DNA of 64,000 bases from Takakia lepidozioides (lineage: Eukaryota; Plantae; Bryophyta), in the NCBI GenBank assembly GCA_030704615.1, contig CM060731.1:57040001-57104000 (forward strand), written 5' to 3'. Every line of letters begins with the position of its first letter. Position 1 is the first letter of the stretch. Below the pieces are notes generated by a model. That model was not told the DNA's origin. It made no database searches and saw only the letters and a program-made list of their open reading frames with translations. A program made the position numbers and the translations under genes. Shown here one piece after another: positions 63,400-64,000 of the stretch.

Positions 63400-64000
63400 A
63401 TGTAACCATCCCAACGATCTTTGGACGCAGTCTGCCTGAAATTGTGCATCTCATTTAACTGTCCTTCGTTCTGTTAGTTCGTTCATCGACTCTCTTTGCA
63501 TGAAGAGCAAAGAGATGTGTGTAGGCCTGTGTTCTCTCTCGCTCGACGGGACAATTCTCCGACTGTTGTGCGTAGGAAGGTATGGAATACCAAATGAGAC
63601 CTTTGGACTCCCACGTCCAGATAGACAGAGACATGGCAACTTGACTAGAGCCCACCTCAGACAAACAAACAAGCAAGACAGTTTCGACATCGACATTCAA
63701 CAGTTTTTGAGGAAAAGGCACATGTGTGCAAAAGCATTCGCCGATGGCAGCCTAAGGACGTTTCGGGTCAGATGATTTTCAACCAAAGCAGCACTTCCAT
63801 TTCACTTTCTCAGAAGATACAATGCCCCAAAACGATCAATGATCAAGACAGATTGGGTACATGCTCGTTTTCAGAGCCAACGATCTACAACCTCGCAACT
63901 CGCAACCTCTTGATCTTTATGGCCATGGACAGTAATTACACGGAGTCGGTGACAACAAATTACATCGTCTGTTGACACCATTAGTCAGTCACACAGTCCC

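Overview
Eukaryotic genomic DNA with spliceosomal introns, most likely from a non-seed land plant (bryophyte-like; inferred from gene and TE content only). The left half (1-32 kb) is a nest of decayed transposons. It holds two internally deleted copies of a Ty3/gypsy family whose integrase ends in a PHD finger, a second gypsy element with a dUTPase-like domain and an internal inverted transposition, several solo or partial LTRs, a 625-bp foldback, and an LTR element with a long extra coiled-coil ORF. An intact, intronless, secreted GH30 glycoside hydrolase of bacterial type sits at 7685-9100. The most unusual region is 25.3-32.2 kb. A CACTA-like terminus is followed by a spliced, now disrupted gene that assembles into a prokaryote-style beta-class N4/N6 DNA amino-methyltransferase fold. 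One of its probable introns carries seven hairpins with a conserved apex and mostly copy-specific complementary stems, and an unidentified gene remnant converges on it. The right half holds a multi-exon SUVR5-like SET-domain gene (minus strand, 32.9-48.2 kb), a decayed Mutator-like transposase with a convergent accessory gene, an alpha/beta-hydrolase pseudogene, a MITE and tandem repeats. All calls come from manual motif reading; no database searches were run.
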